NCBI GenBank assembly: GCA_000165425.1
Contig: CT867991.1
Span: 124,001 to 188,000 of the forward strand
From: Paramecium tetraurelia
Lineage: Eukaryota
Direction: 5' to 3'
DNA: 64,000 bases
Shown: in pieces, positions 27,306-40,291 of the stretch
How the letters are laid out: each line of letters begins with the position of its first letter
Numbering within the stretch: the stretch's first letter is position 1
Translations under genes and position numbers: made by a program
The notes under the pieces: model-generated
The model's database searches: none
Told to the model about the DNA's origin: nothing
The model's input: only the letters and a program-made list of their open reading frames with translations

Positions 27306-29825
27306 ATGAGCAAAACCAGCTTAATAGAAAATAATTTCAGTTTAAAATGCTTAAACCACTAGAAAGCTTAAGCACAATATTTTTGCTAATTACCTTAATG
27401 TCAATAACATAGAATATTTTGTGAGAAATGTCTAAATGATTTTCATTCCCAACACTCTGATTCAATATGTCATCTATCAAAGCTGTTTCTATTACTTGAT
27501 GAAAAGTCCCTAAAAGCAGAATAAATCCTGCAATCATATTACAATTAATTCAAAAGTCTATAAGAACATTTTAGTGTCACAATTAGAGGATTGCGATATA
27601 TGTTCGGAGGGCTGTCAAATGATTTATTAGAGCTTGATTAGAATCAAATTATTTAGTTTCTTGACCAATTAATTCACTTTGACGAAATAAACTAATTATA
27701 TAGAGATTAAGTAGAGAGCAAATTACACAAGATCTTGGAAATTCTGAACCAAATATTTTCAAAGTTACCATTACAAGATATTGCATATAGGATACCCTAA
27801 GATTTAGCACAAAAACTATAAAAATATTAAAATTTTGGTTAAATCATTAAAATATATTAGGCATGCAATTAAAAGAATAAGGTCTTTATAGTGAGGCTAT
27901 GATCTAATTTGATAGAGTACTTGAGATAAGCCCGTATAATATCAATGTTTTGTTTGAAAAAGGCATATTATTATATTAATATCTAAATAGGAGAGTGTTT
28001 AATGAAATAGAATTAAGAATATGAAGCATATCTTAAATATAAAGAAATAATTTTCTTAGATTCAAAACATTAGTAAGCTTTATGCAGAATAGGTAAATTA
28101 CATTTTAATATTTAAGGCAGTTACCTATTTAAGTGCAATAAATATAATGAAGCATAAGAGTATTTTTCAAAATGCCTATGCATCAACTAAAATAATTATG
28201 AAGCTCTGTTAGGCTATGGTAAAGTTGATTTATATTTAAAGCTGACACTCTAAGATTACAGAATTAATTAATATTGGCAAATTATAATTATGAAAGAGCG
28301 ATTAATATTAATTCATTGGATTATTAAGTGTTTTATGGAAGAGGTATACAAAAGAATCTCATGTTAAAAAGGGGTATGCTTAAAGAGTTTGAATGATTTC
28401 GAGAATTCCTAGAAAATGTTTAAAAAAGCGTTAATGCTAAACTAAAGCCATTTTGAGTCATTATTCAGTTTAGGTTATAAAAATGTGTTATTTTAGCGGA
28501 TTACTTAAGATAAGTAGATAAATACATTGAAGCCATAGCATATTTTGATCAGGCTTTGTAAATTAAACCTCAGCATCCAGAATTATGGGAAGGAAAAGGT
28601 TATTAGATCATCATAAAATTAGCCTTTTGCTTAAGAGAGTTAAACGATAATGAAGAAGCAGTAAATTGCTATGAAAAAGCTCTGAAATACGACCCTACTT
28701 CTTATGAGGCCTTGAAAGGAATGGGTTAATAAGATCAATTAATTTAATAGGTTTAAGCTTACGAAAGTTATATAAATGCGATGAATCAATTGTTTTTTTT
28801 GAAAAAGCACTTTAAATCCAGCCAAATAATGTATTTTCTCTAAAGGGAAAAGGTCTTAAACTTCAATATTAATAGCTGAATGCTTAAGATTGCAGGGAAA
28901 ATGGGAAGAGGCCTTAAAGTATTATTCATGGGTTTTGCATATTCATCCTGGTTAACACAGGGCTTTGTTTTTCAAATGTATAATTAAATTTAAAGGTCAT
29001 TTCACTAGCTTAAATGGAATCAATAGTGACAACTTTAAGGTAACATGAAAACGATATTATTCTTAATCCTCAAAACACTAATCCAATTTTTGGAAAAGGT
29101 TACTCTTCTTACTATATTTTTAGCCGAGTGTCTAAGGATGCTAAATGATTTTGATGGAGCTCTGTAATTTTATATGAAAACTTTATAAATTGATCCTAAT
29201 CACATTAATTCCTTAATAGGATATGGTAAACATAATTGAAATTTTAGGCTTTTGCTTAGGATACTAAAATAAATTTCAATTGGCTTTAGAATAATATGAT
29301 AAAGCCTTAACTTTGAATAAATACTCAACAGATGCACTCTGGGGGAAAGGTTAAATTTCTAAATATCATAGGGGAATGTTTAAGAATGCTGATGGATTTT
29401 AATAATGCCTTAGTTTATTATGAAAAAGTCTTGATACTTTATCCTTGCCATTATATTTCATTAAGTGGAAAAGGTAAGAAATGTGTAAAATTAGGTGATT
29501 GCTTAAGGATGCTTGGTTTGTACCAACAGGCTCTAGATGTATATAAGTAGGCACTCTTCATATAAAGTAACTAACCAAGTTTACTATATGGTAAAGGTAA
29601 AAATAATTATAAATTCAGCTGTTTGTCTAATAGCTCAAAATAATTTTGAAACTGCGCCTGATTTGTTAAGGTAGGCAAAAAAAGTTGCACCTCCAAACTT
29701 TTTTGTAGATAAAGCAATTTGTATTATTAACTTTACATCATTTAGAATTTTGTGAATTCAAAAAATAAATCCTAGAAATATGTTTAGAAATCATCATAAA
29801 TGAGAATTCAACAAAGATTAGTTGA
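27306..29825 (+). CDS. TPR-repeat protein: N-terminal Cys/His cluster plus 15 TPR exons
   Basis: N-terminal CLNH..YFCQLPQCQQHRIFCEKC..H. Fourteen 102-nt exons and one 90-nt exon, each one TPR-like unit (e.g. GECLRMLMDFNNALVYYEKVLILYPCHYISLSGK), separated by phase-1 introns; TGA 29823-29825. Confidence 0.88.
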
Positions 29826-30551
29826 ATATTATTTTAATATTATTATAAATATACAATTAAATTAAATATATTAAATAATATTACTGATCATTAGAAAAAT
29901 TAGTATTGTGCAAATTTTCTGAAATGATAAAAATTAGTATGCATCATTATAATTTCATTTCGAATTCGATTTGCTTAAATTTTCATCTTACTCTATGACA
30001 AAAATAAATGAGTTATTTGTAAAATAAAAAAAGCTATCAAAGTTTCTTCATTTTTAATTTGAGAGTTTAGATTCCTTTACATTAGATTTGTAATAAAATG
30101 AGATGTTAATTGTTGTTTTAAATAATCTGTAAATTTTTTAAGATCAATCCTCTACTTATGTCTCATGAACAATTTACAAGATTTTCTTCTAAATTTTAAA
30201 GCTCATCTTTTTCTATTATTTTAATACATACATTCAAACAAACTAATCAATCTTGGAAAGCAGAATACTACCTAATTGTTAATCAAGTCTTATAAAATTT
30301 GGTTTACATAAGAGCTTCAAATTCTTAATTATCAAATTAACAAGATCAATATCACTCTATGGTAGGGGAAAAGTTTATATACTTAAAAATATAGAGTAAC
30401 ACGAAAGAGATAAAGTTAATTGCATCACTTTTTTCATTATATTCGACAAAATATATAAATATGAGAGTGTGTATACGTTGATTAGTTTTTATTCTTTAAA
30501 ATATTGATTAAAAGTTTATAAAATAATTTATAAGACCACTATGATAATGCA

Positions 30552-31500
30552 TCATAACTTTGATAGTTGGTATTTTATAAAAGCATCCTGAAACCCATTT
30601 CCTATGCGGCAAAATAAAAGTATTTAGCTTCTGATTTCCTTTATAATTCTAATAATGAATCAGCTAAAAAGAAAATTACAGAATAATTTACCTTTACATT
30701 TAAATCTAGAAGCATCAGTTTTTATTTTAAGGGCTTGTTCAAAATTTTAGAGTGCATCCATATTTTTCTATATTTTTTGTAGGATTAAATCTGAATAAAA
30801 AAAATATTAACCTTTCCTTTCATATGACGAATCAAATTTTGGATTAAAAGATATTGCTTCATCATAACATTCAATTTCTTCTTGATATTGTTTCAATTAG
30901 TTTAATGCACGACCTAAATAATAATATTAAACAATTAATTGCCCTTGCAAGTCCAAGTAATTTCAGATTTAGGATTAATAGATATAGCTTTATTGTAACA
31001 TTAAATTGCTTCTTCATATTAATTCTAATCGCCTAATGTAATTCCTAATTATCATAATTTTACAATTAATTACCTTTCAAAAACCATGAATAATCATTTT
31101 TAGGATTTATAGAAATTCATTGAAACATTGAATAGCTTAATGATATTGATACAAATTGCCTAATGCAAATCCTAAATATTAATAATTAACAATGAATTAC
31201 CTTTGCCATTCAATGCAGTGTCAGATTAATGGTTAATGGAAATAGTTTCGTTGTAACAATTAATTGCTTCTTGATATTGCTTCAATTTGGTTAATGCATC
31301 ACCTAAAATTTTAAAATAATATAAATTACCCTTGCCAATATATGCAGAATCATATTTAGGATTAATAAATATGGCTTAATTATAAAATAAAATTGCTTCT
31401 TGATATTAATTTGAATTGTATAATGCAGATCCTAAATATTATATTTAACAATTTACTACCCTTATCATACCACACTTATTCTTCTTAAGAATTAATAGAA
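30552..31500 (-). pseudogene. Decayed TPR exon-array gene
   Basis: TPR exons (GSALYNSNQYQEAILFYNQAIFINPKYDSAYIGK etc.) between phase-1 introns. Exon 31171-31074 is 98 nt (4-nt deletion, frameshift into TGA). No recognisable 5' end. Confidence 0.75.
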
Positions 31501-32070
31501 AAAATAATGATTATAATTAATTATACATTTTTCTTTTAATATATCATAAATTTCAAAATTGAAAAATGCATTACATTACTTTAAGGTCATTGTGCTTCTC
31601 AATACATTTATTTTTCAAATTTATTCATCTTATTCCAAGAATTGGTTTAAGGAGAAATAAAGTAGAATACATTTCAAAATTTTATTACTACTGCCTTTTA
31701 ATATCATTCAAAATTTGATTAAGGTATAAATCTATAGGATATTGAATTAAAAAAATGTTATTTTTCAAGGAAAACTAAATATACATTTTACAGTATAATA
31801 ATATCATACTTTAATTCTTCTTTAGACACATAGATAGCAAATATTTAAAACGTTAAGAAGAAATGATAAATCAGTCAGGATATAGAACCAAAAAGGCTAG
31901 AAGAATCATTTATTTTGCTTAACTCAACATTATACAAATACATCAATATTTCAATTAAATAGATATATTAAAGTTTGGAATCTAAATATGTAAAATAGGA
32001 AGGATTATTCATGCGGATATTTAAAATGTTAGTATATATGATAAAAGTATTCGAAGAAGCAATATAAATT

Positions 32071-33604
32071 TCATTCTATACAAAGGAAGCAATTAATTGA
32101 TTATTAATTTTTTTATTTATTTTGATACCCTGCAGTTTCTGTGTCTATTTTGATTATCTTTTTATTTAATTAGAACTCTTTTTGAATTAATTGTGATTGA
32201 GGATAATTAAAGTATAATTTTTTGAATTTATGATTTCTAACGATAAAATCTCCTACTGTAAAGTGTAATAATGGTATTTTCTCTTAAAATTTTGAGTTAA
32301 TTTAATCTAAAACTCTATTACGAGTAGTATCAACCCATTTATATACTTAATCCTCTTGTTCTTAGAGTAAACTGGAATCAAATTGAATGATATTTTTATT
32401 GAATTCCTCTTATACTGTGGATAGTTTAGTTAAAATTTATAATTTATCCTGATATGACTCTTCCTTTTACATAAAATAATTATGGGCATAGGTAAGGTCT
32501 ATTGATAAAATTGTAATAGGTTTTCTACTAATAATCACATTTTAATCATTGTAGAAGGATGTGCAAATATCAAAAATAACTTTAGAGTCAAATTGTTTTG
32601 GGTTCTATATTTACTAAAATATGAACAATATGGTTTCGACATCGGTTCCATGTATAGGCAGTCGGTATTAAAATTGATCAGCGGGTATCTTAGGAAAAGT
32701 ATTAGAAATTTCTATTGAATCAAACATGAGAATTTTGGCTATTTTGAATTTACTAAAATCTCTTAGGAATCTATTTAGTTTAATACCTCCACATTCTATT
32801 TATTGAGATTAAGATTTCGATAGATAGATTGCATCAAAGTTGTATCCATTATCGGATAAATATTTTTACCACATTAAAGCAAATGTCTAACTTGTAAATA
32901 GGAGAACTATTAGATAAGCTTTGGAAAGACTAAGAAATATATAAAAATAAGAAGATATTATACATTCTTAGAGTGTTTTTGAGATCACTTCTTAGCGTAC
33001 ATGGACAATAAGGACTATCGCATTGTTCAATTACTCTACCTATTGAAAATGAATGGCAGATTTTCAAATCAGTTTTATGATCCCAAAAGTTCCTTTTTGA
33101 TTGCAATAATAAATCTAATCAATCATATTTGTAGTATACTTTCAAAATTCAAAACAATAACTTTATCCAAATATTCCTCTCTATTATTGATATTAAGAAA
33201 GAGGCATTTGATCATAATACCCTTTTGTAATTCCTCATATTATTTATTTAAATAACGTAATTGGATTACATGTTCTAAACTCTTTTGTTTCTTGATAACA
33301 GGCTTGGCTTTCAACTGCCGACTTTGCATTTTCATCCTAACTACTTATTAGGTCGATGACAATTGTGGCAAGATCTGCTATTCCTTTTGCATAAGCCTAA
33401 GATTAGTCATATATTTCTTATTAATTTCCTTTTTATCCACTTGCTATATTTATGAGTCCTCGATATTTGTGTTATCATATGTTATTCTTCTCTAACTTGG
33501 CATCTATTGGACTGAACTTGAAACGAAGACTGACTCTTCAGGTTCAGATTACTTGCTATCATATCTTAATTTGTTTCTAGTTTCTAAAATGCTAAAATTA
33601 GCAT
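32071..33604 (-). CDS. Hypothetical protein
   Basis: Long open frame from about 32750 to TGA 32071-32073 (..SINCFLCIE); 5' exon structure and start uncertain. Confidence 0.55.
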
Positions 33605-33724
33605 TTTTAAAAACAAAATATCCACGATAAATGTTTTATTTGAAATGAGTGTGCTTTGTATAGTAAAGGGAATTCGAGACTGTATTATTTTACATATTAA
33701 TTTTATTATAAAATGTGAATTATT

Positions 33725-35674
33725 TCAATCAGGTTTTCTTAATTATAATGAAAATAAATCTTATCTGTATTATTATTTTTATACCTATGTCAGAACCATT
33801 TATTTAATGATAAAATTGTTTGGGCTTATTGAATGTTTTATAACATCTATCCCACTCCCAACTCCTTTTAATATACCTATTTTTTTTGGTGAATTTTAAC
33901 ATGACTTTGCTAAGCTTTTCTTTAATTAATGTTCACCTTGACTTCTCCTGTCTGTTAAACACACTAATTATTGATGAGAATCCTCTTAAGGTGAATTTAA
34001 TTATTTTCCTTCAGATTTATTCTTTTTGTGCATTATTTATATTGCTTAAATATGGATAAAGTATATTACATTGCTAATTCAGTAGGTTTTCGTTTATATT
34101 AATGATCTTATCTTAATTTGACCTAAATCGGAGGTGAATATTTGGTTGTATCGATTTCCTATTAGGTGAAGAATCTATATTTTTTTGGCTTTATTTTTAT
34201 GATATTTATGAAACAGCTGAAATCTAACCTGAATTCTACTTCAACATATTAATTTGTAATTCATTTTAAGCTCCACTTTATAAAATAGGACTATTTCTAT
34301 TAAAGAAGAAGTTTTTGGTATCAGAATTAGGTCTCTGAGTTTATGCCCCATTTTTCCATTTTAATTCCTATTGAAAGAGATTATCATCAATTATGATTTT
34401 AGAAATCTATTTGAGATTTAATTTGTCTAATGAATAGAATTAATAAAGTAATACTTATATATGTTTGATTAGTTGCCTATATTTATAATTAATTATTGCA
34501 TTATACTGGAGATGAAATTGGATTCTGATTTTGTAGTTTAAGGAGTTGAGGATTTGATTAAACATTAAGCCTGAAATTTTGAAAATATTATTGAGTTGTT
34601 ATTTTAGGTTACACATTTGTTATATATTTAGGACTAATTTATTATTTTATTTCAAAATTTTAATCCATTCTTGCATGATTACTTTATTGTTTTTTTTATG
34701 GAGAATCAACATGATTCCTTTGATTTATATCACTTGATATTTTATTCTTTTGTTATAATAGTTCTGCATTTTATTTTGAATATTGTGAACCCAACCTAAG
34801 TTTATTCTCATCCTAACACTATTTTTAAAGAAGGCTGAAAACTATATTTGGTTAGCTCAGTTTTTTGGTTTATATTTAAGACACTTTATCTACTTGACTC
34901 TTTTAGGTTTACTAATTTAGATAAACCTAAAATCTATTCAGTTCTATCTCATCTCCTTTCCCAGCAAAAATTAATAGAGGAGATTATTCCACAGTTTCTT
35001 TTCCTAACTATTTACAAATTTCTTATAATGTATAGGATATTTCCATTTACTTTTTCTAGATTTAGATTGATGATCTATTCAACCAACTCAAATCTTTTAA
35101 AATTAAGGTATTCTTAATTCTTTTAGTATTGGTCTGGGATTCTTAATCTTTTTGACTCTATTATGAATTTGCAGGTGATGGTTTATCTCCAATAATATGT
35201 TTTGATGGCCCATCAGGATTTTTCTTGTCCTCTTCCTCGACCAGAAGAGCTATTCTATAATACTCTTGTCTGCGCATCTTATCATAGTATTTATTCAACA
35301 ATTATATTATTGGTTCCATGAAGAATCGCGGTATTTCTGTATGAAACTCTGTTAAATGGTTCAATTTACTTTATAATATTCGGACAGCAACTTGAATTTC
35401 TGTGGGTATTCATCCTCGTAACAGTAGAACCTCTTCAAATATTCATCCTTAAATGAAACTACACACTTACATAATCATCATACCCAATCAAATCTTTATA
35501 CCGTACTACTGCCTTTGATGAAACATCTCTGAGGATATCATTGATATCTCTTGTGTAATAATAATTCTAAGATTGGCAATATTTTTTAAATAGTGTTTTA
35601 ATGATCCAAACTAATGGGTTTGCTACTATATGAGATTATCTTATTCTCTTTAATTCTTCAAATTCAACTTCCAT
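33725..35674 (-). CDS. Hypothetical protein; N-terminal domain resembles a ciliate-expanded family, with a low-complexity tail
   Basis: MEVEFEEL..KKYCQSQNYYYTRDINDIL..DEYLKRFY..LSEYYKFHTEIPRFFM; two tiny introns; TGA 33725-33727. Confidence 0.7.
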
Positions 35675-35722
35675 TTTCAATTTTTTCTTGTACTTCATTC
35701 AGATTGCTTTATATATTTATAA

Positions 35723-36724
35723 ATGCAATATAAGAATAATTTTAATCTAAGTAAACTACTATTAAGACTATATTTATTCAAAAATTAATTTTAGATATCA
35801 TATAACTAGGTGTGATAAATTTCGATCTTAGAAGTTGTAAAATGATAACTTCTATACCAATATTTGAAAAAATATTTTAGAGAAAATGAAATTGTTCTTT
35901 CATTTTAGTTTGTATGCTATGTAGGTAAAATTCTAAGGCATTTCAAACAAAGAAATACAGAACGTGTTCCTCGATAAAAGTAGTCTAAATGGGCCTAATT
36001 ATAAAGGAATTATAAAATCAATTATTGGAAATAACTTTGACTCTGGTAAATGGATAATAAAGTTCAAAATACTATAACTAAGTTAAATCTATATTTCAAT
36101 AAGAATCCATCCTTAAATGATCTAAATTATTTATCAGGTTCAAAATTTAATGCCTAAATATTTAATTTGTTTAATTCGTCGAATAGAATTATATAATACA
36201 TATTATTATTAATAATTATGTATTAGAACACTGGTTTGACTTATCATAATGTAGATTCCTATATAGAAACTGAAGGATTCTTTTGCTTTGAACAATTTTC
36301 AAGACTTGATCTGAAGAAGAAAAATTGGGAGGATAGTTTAAATAGTCTGACAGATGATTTAATTGCTCTTAAAAGTGAATATGTAGATTTAGAAAATCTA
36401 GAAATATTCAATGCTCTCTTGGAATTCTTAGAATAGAATATTCAATAATCGGAAATAGGGTCCACTTATTATCAATTAAGATAAGGCATGAGCTAAACTT
36501 CAATTAATAATTATATAAATGACATGCTTGATAATATTGAAAATAGTTTAACTTGTGATTCAAATGACTATAAAGCAATAGACTTCGCAGGATTATTGAA
36601 ATTGGAGGACATATTGAGCTTTTTAAAGGAATCCAAATTCATTAAATCCTATTCAAAGAAAGTAGATTAATTACTTAAATTTTAAAAGGAAAAGAAATAG
36701 TAATAGATTAAAAGGAAGAAATGA
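35723..36724 (+). CDS. Hypothetical protein
   Basis: Coding-like frame including ORF 36236-36436, continuing through TAA/TAG to TGA 36722-36724; start uncertain. Confidence 0.5.
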
Positions 36725-36760
36725 CCAATCTTTGTTTATATATTTTAATAAATATAGCAT

Positions 36761-39700
36761 TCAACCAATTAATTTTAAAAATTAACTCTTTTTTCTTAAG
36801 CTATTCACCATCATACTTGGTCTTTATGCTTACAAAATACTGGATCGAATAACCATTTTATTGGTTTAAGTCTTTGTTTATGAACTCTTCATAGAAGAAG
36901 GTATAACATCAGCCTTTTATTATTATTGTTATTATTGCTATTATTATTCTTATTGTTTTTTTGTATTTTATTATTATTACTATTATTATTTCTATTGTTT
37001 AAGCTCTTCCTCTCTTATCTTATCTCGTTATTATTTAATGCATCTTAAAAATTTCATTAACTTTTCTCCGAATTTATCACTTGCATCAGCAGGATTCTCG
37101 CATAAAAATTTAGCTGTCTTTTTATAATCCGTGTCCAATTTTTGTATTTTTAATTCCAAATCCTTGGTATTCTCTTATAATTTTGATTATACATCCTTCA
37201 AAGTATCAACAATTTTATCATTTTCATCATTTGATTTGCATTCAATTGCTTTAGATACTGTATTCAGACCTTTTTTAATTTCATTTAAATTTGTGTTCAG
37301 TTGAGTTATAGGTAATTTAGTAATGATATCAAATCTGTCCAAATCTATCTCTTCATTGAACTTAATCTGCTTAATAATATATTATAGAACATTAGATTTA
37401 TTATCTAAGCCTTTCACATCAGTTAATTTTTCAATTTATTCTAATTTGAATCCCCAAGCTCCTCCTTTGGCAGATTAACCATTCAGATAATTACCAACAG
37501 CCAACGAATATTCAATCAATTAAGTAACCCATCCCATGGCAAGTAAATCATTAAACACATCAAGTGAAGTAATTTAAGCATCTAGATCCGTTACGTATTC
37601 AACGTATTAGCAAGAAAATTTAAGGGCTTTAATTCTGATAGAGAATCCCTTTAATTGGGAAATCTTCAGGATGTATTTCTCCGGATTACCAAGCAATTCT
37701 TTATCTCCATCGTAACCCTGCACAGTTCCTATTTCATCTTCTGTTGGTGTGATTACATCTAAACTTTCTAGTGTTGGTAATGTTAGGATTTTTTCATCAC
37801 ATTTAATCAAAGCTTCATATAATAAAGTTGGAGATATTTTCAATTTCATCAAGACTAACTCCATATTCTTTTATCTCTCAGGTTGCAGTAAGGAGATTTT
37901 TTAAGGCTAAGCTGATTAGGATTTAGGATTTGAATCTGCTTATTGAGCTTATTGTTTTTTTGAGAATTCTTTTTCTAAAAATTCAATATCCAATTTCACA
38001 TCTAAATCCTTGATATTCTCAAATATAGTATCTTTTATTTATGCTTTTTAAGTGATTATCGTCCATTAAACAGGTTTCATAGGAACGCTGGGATTTTATT
38101 TTTATTTTAAGCCTTAATTTTGTGGCTATGGAGGAGCTCCAAAAGGGGGAGGTGGTGCAGATCCTCCAGGTGGTTATGGAGCTCCTGGAGGAGGAGGTGG
38201 TGGAGGACCACCTGCTTTACTACCAGGAGGAGGTGGTGGTGGAGGGGGACCTCCAGGAGGACGGGGAACTCCTGGAGGAGGTGGTGGAGGTGGAGGTCCT
38301 GCTTTCATGGGCGGTGGTGGAGGAGGAGGAGGTGCTGCAATTTTTGGAGGAGGAGGTGGTGGAGGTAAAGGAGCTGATTTAACTGGAGGAGGAGGGGGAG
38401 GTGGAGGAGGAGGAAGTGAAGGAGCATTTGGAGGTTATTGGGGCACTGATTAAGAAGTATTTGAAGGCCCAGCGGCTTAAATAGTTTAGTTAAGTTTTTC
38501 AAGGTTCTTAATTTGATTTTAAAGTTTCTCAATTTCTTTTGATTACTCAATATTTTGAGCTTCTTTTAAGATTGTTTAGGCTTTGATAGTTTCTAATTCT
38601 TTGGTTAATTTATCAATTTAACTTAGATATTCTTATTGCAAGGAATTGGTTTGAGTAATTTTTTCATTTAGTTTAATAACTTCCTATTCTTTTGAAGTTA
38701 GCTACATTTGGGCCTGCTTTTAACCCTGGATTATTGATTTAATTTATTTTTCTAAGTCTCTAATGGATTGCTGTGCTTTTTCGTAATCCTCATAGATTTG
38801 ATCATGTTTAGGAATCTCAATAATTTCATCATCTTCTTCGTCTATAAGCAACCTTTAGAGAGCTTATTCACTCAATTCCCACATATCTCTCACTTTTAGA
38901 TTTGACATGAAATTTAAGATGGTTAGGAATTTACCGTAGGAATCGAGTTGTAGGGATTATTACTTAACAATATCAAAAAGCTTTTGATCTGAAAATTCAA
39001 TGATTTTGGTAGGTTTTCTTTCTGAATCAAATTCAAAGTTACGAATTTCCTTAATGATTTGCAAGAGGTCTTAAATAATGAAAAGTATTACTTTGTTGTT
39101 ATAATTGAAATGATGCTTCGTCATGTTTTTCTAAGTAAAATTGTGCCTCTCCTTCTTGAGGTAATTGGGTAAACTAAATAGTTTCAGTTTTAGATTGATC
39201 TTCACGAGATTCATTGAACAAAATGGGATTCTTAATGAAGGGTGATTTTTGTTTAAAGAAATGATCAACATTTTGATATTTAATCAACTTATTTTAGATA
39301 GATTCGTATGTACAAGCATCAATATTATATTCGTTGATTCTTTGTTCAATGAGCTTAAGGATGGCAGCAAAATTGTAAGGAGAGATGACAGAGGATTCTA
39401 ATTCATTTCTAATGTGAGGTTAGATATTTCGTAAGAATCCCAAGATATTGACTACCATCATGATGTTATCCGATTAGTACACAGTCCTAACAAAGATTTC
39501 AAGTCGATATTTTAATGAGTGATCTTTACGATAGGATGCGAAGGATTCTACAATATCTTCAACATTATCCTTATAAATTAGACCATTTTCACCAGCAAAG
39601 ATCTCCAAGACTAGGCAACTCATTTCTATGTGAACAGGGTGAAAATTAGCAAATATTATTCTGAAGGCTCCAGGAATGGAAGATAAGTCATCGCTTGCTA

Positions 39701-40269
39701 GTTCTGATTGATTAATGAAATAGATGAATCTAAGGAAAGCAACGCATAACTTGTAATTTTTAGTTGATCTTGCATTGAGTTCACATTGTTCTAAGACTTC
39801 TAATAATTTAAATAAACTACATATAATAATTATAATCAAATTACCCTCGATATATAAGAAACTGATCCCATTCATCCTCCTCTGGATTTTCCAATTTTCT
39901 TTGCAGATTTTGCAGGGCTATAGTAGATGGTTTAGAAACACATTCATCAACGAGATGTTGTATCTCTGATTTCTCACTTTCTTCCAAATGCGGAATTATA
40001 TCTGACAGTTTTTCTTTTTCGATATTATGTCTATGTATTAATCTCCACTTGATTTTCAATGGTAATTGTTCAATAATGTGTTTATCTGAGGGAAGCAGGA
40101 TGATTTCATCTAGAAATTTACGAAATTCCTCTAAAACAAGTGTTTTTTTATTTGGCATTTTAGGGAATGTGAAATTGCCTTTCAGATCTTCATAGGTGAT
40201 TGAAATGGTGCCAAGTTTATTAATGATTTGATACTCAAAACTAGCATCTTTCGGGATATTATTTCCCAT
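36761..40269 (-). CDS. Formin (N-terminal regulatory region, FH1 polyproline, FH2)
   Basis: MGNNIPK start; poly-Pro FH1 near 38121-38430; FH2 (MKPVQWTII, LAVGNYLNGQSAKGGAWGFKL); poly-Gln tail; TGA 36761-36763. Confidence 0.92.
38121..38430 (-). repeat. CCT/CCA-rich polyproline-coding tract (formin FH1)
   Basis: GGA/GGT repeats on the + strand are Pro codons on the - strand. Confidence 0.9.
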
Positions 40270-40291
40270 TTTTATAAAATATTTTATAATG

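Noticed and set aside
28978..29008. Apparent frameshift in the intact TPR gene after an 18-nt candidate intron
   Set aside because: Using the downstream AG at 29008 (31-nt intron, 90-nt exon) restores the frame.
27838..31500. Regular ~125-nt periodicity resembling a CRISPR array or satellite
   Set aside because: The period is a 102-nt TPR exon plus an intron; there are no identical direct repeats with unique spacers.
38120..38382. Arg/Trp-rich and Glu/Val-rich + strand ORFs in a GC-rich patch
   Set aside because: They are antisense shadows of the formin FH1 polyproline tract, not separate genes or foreign DNA.
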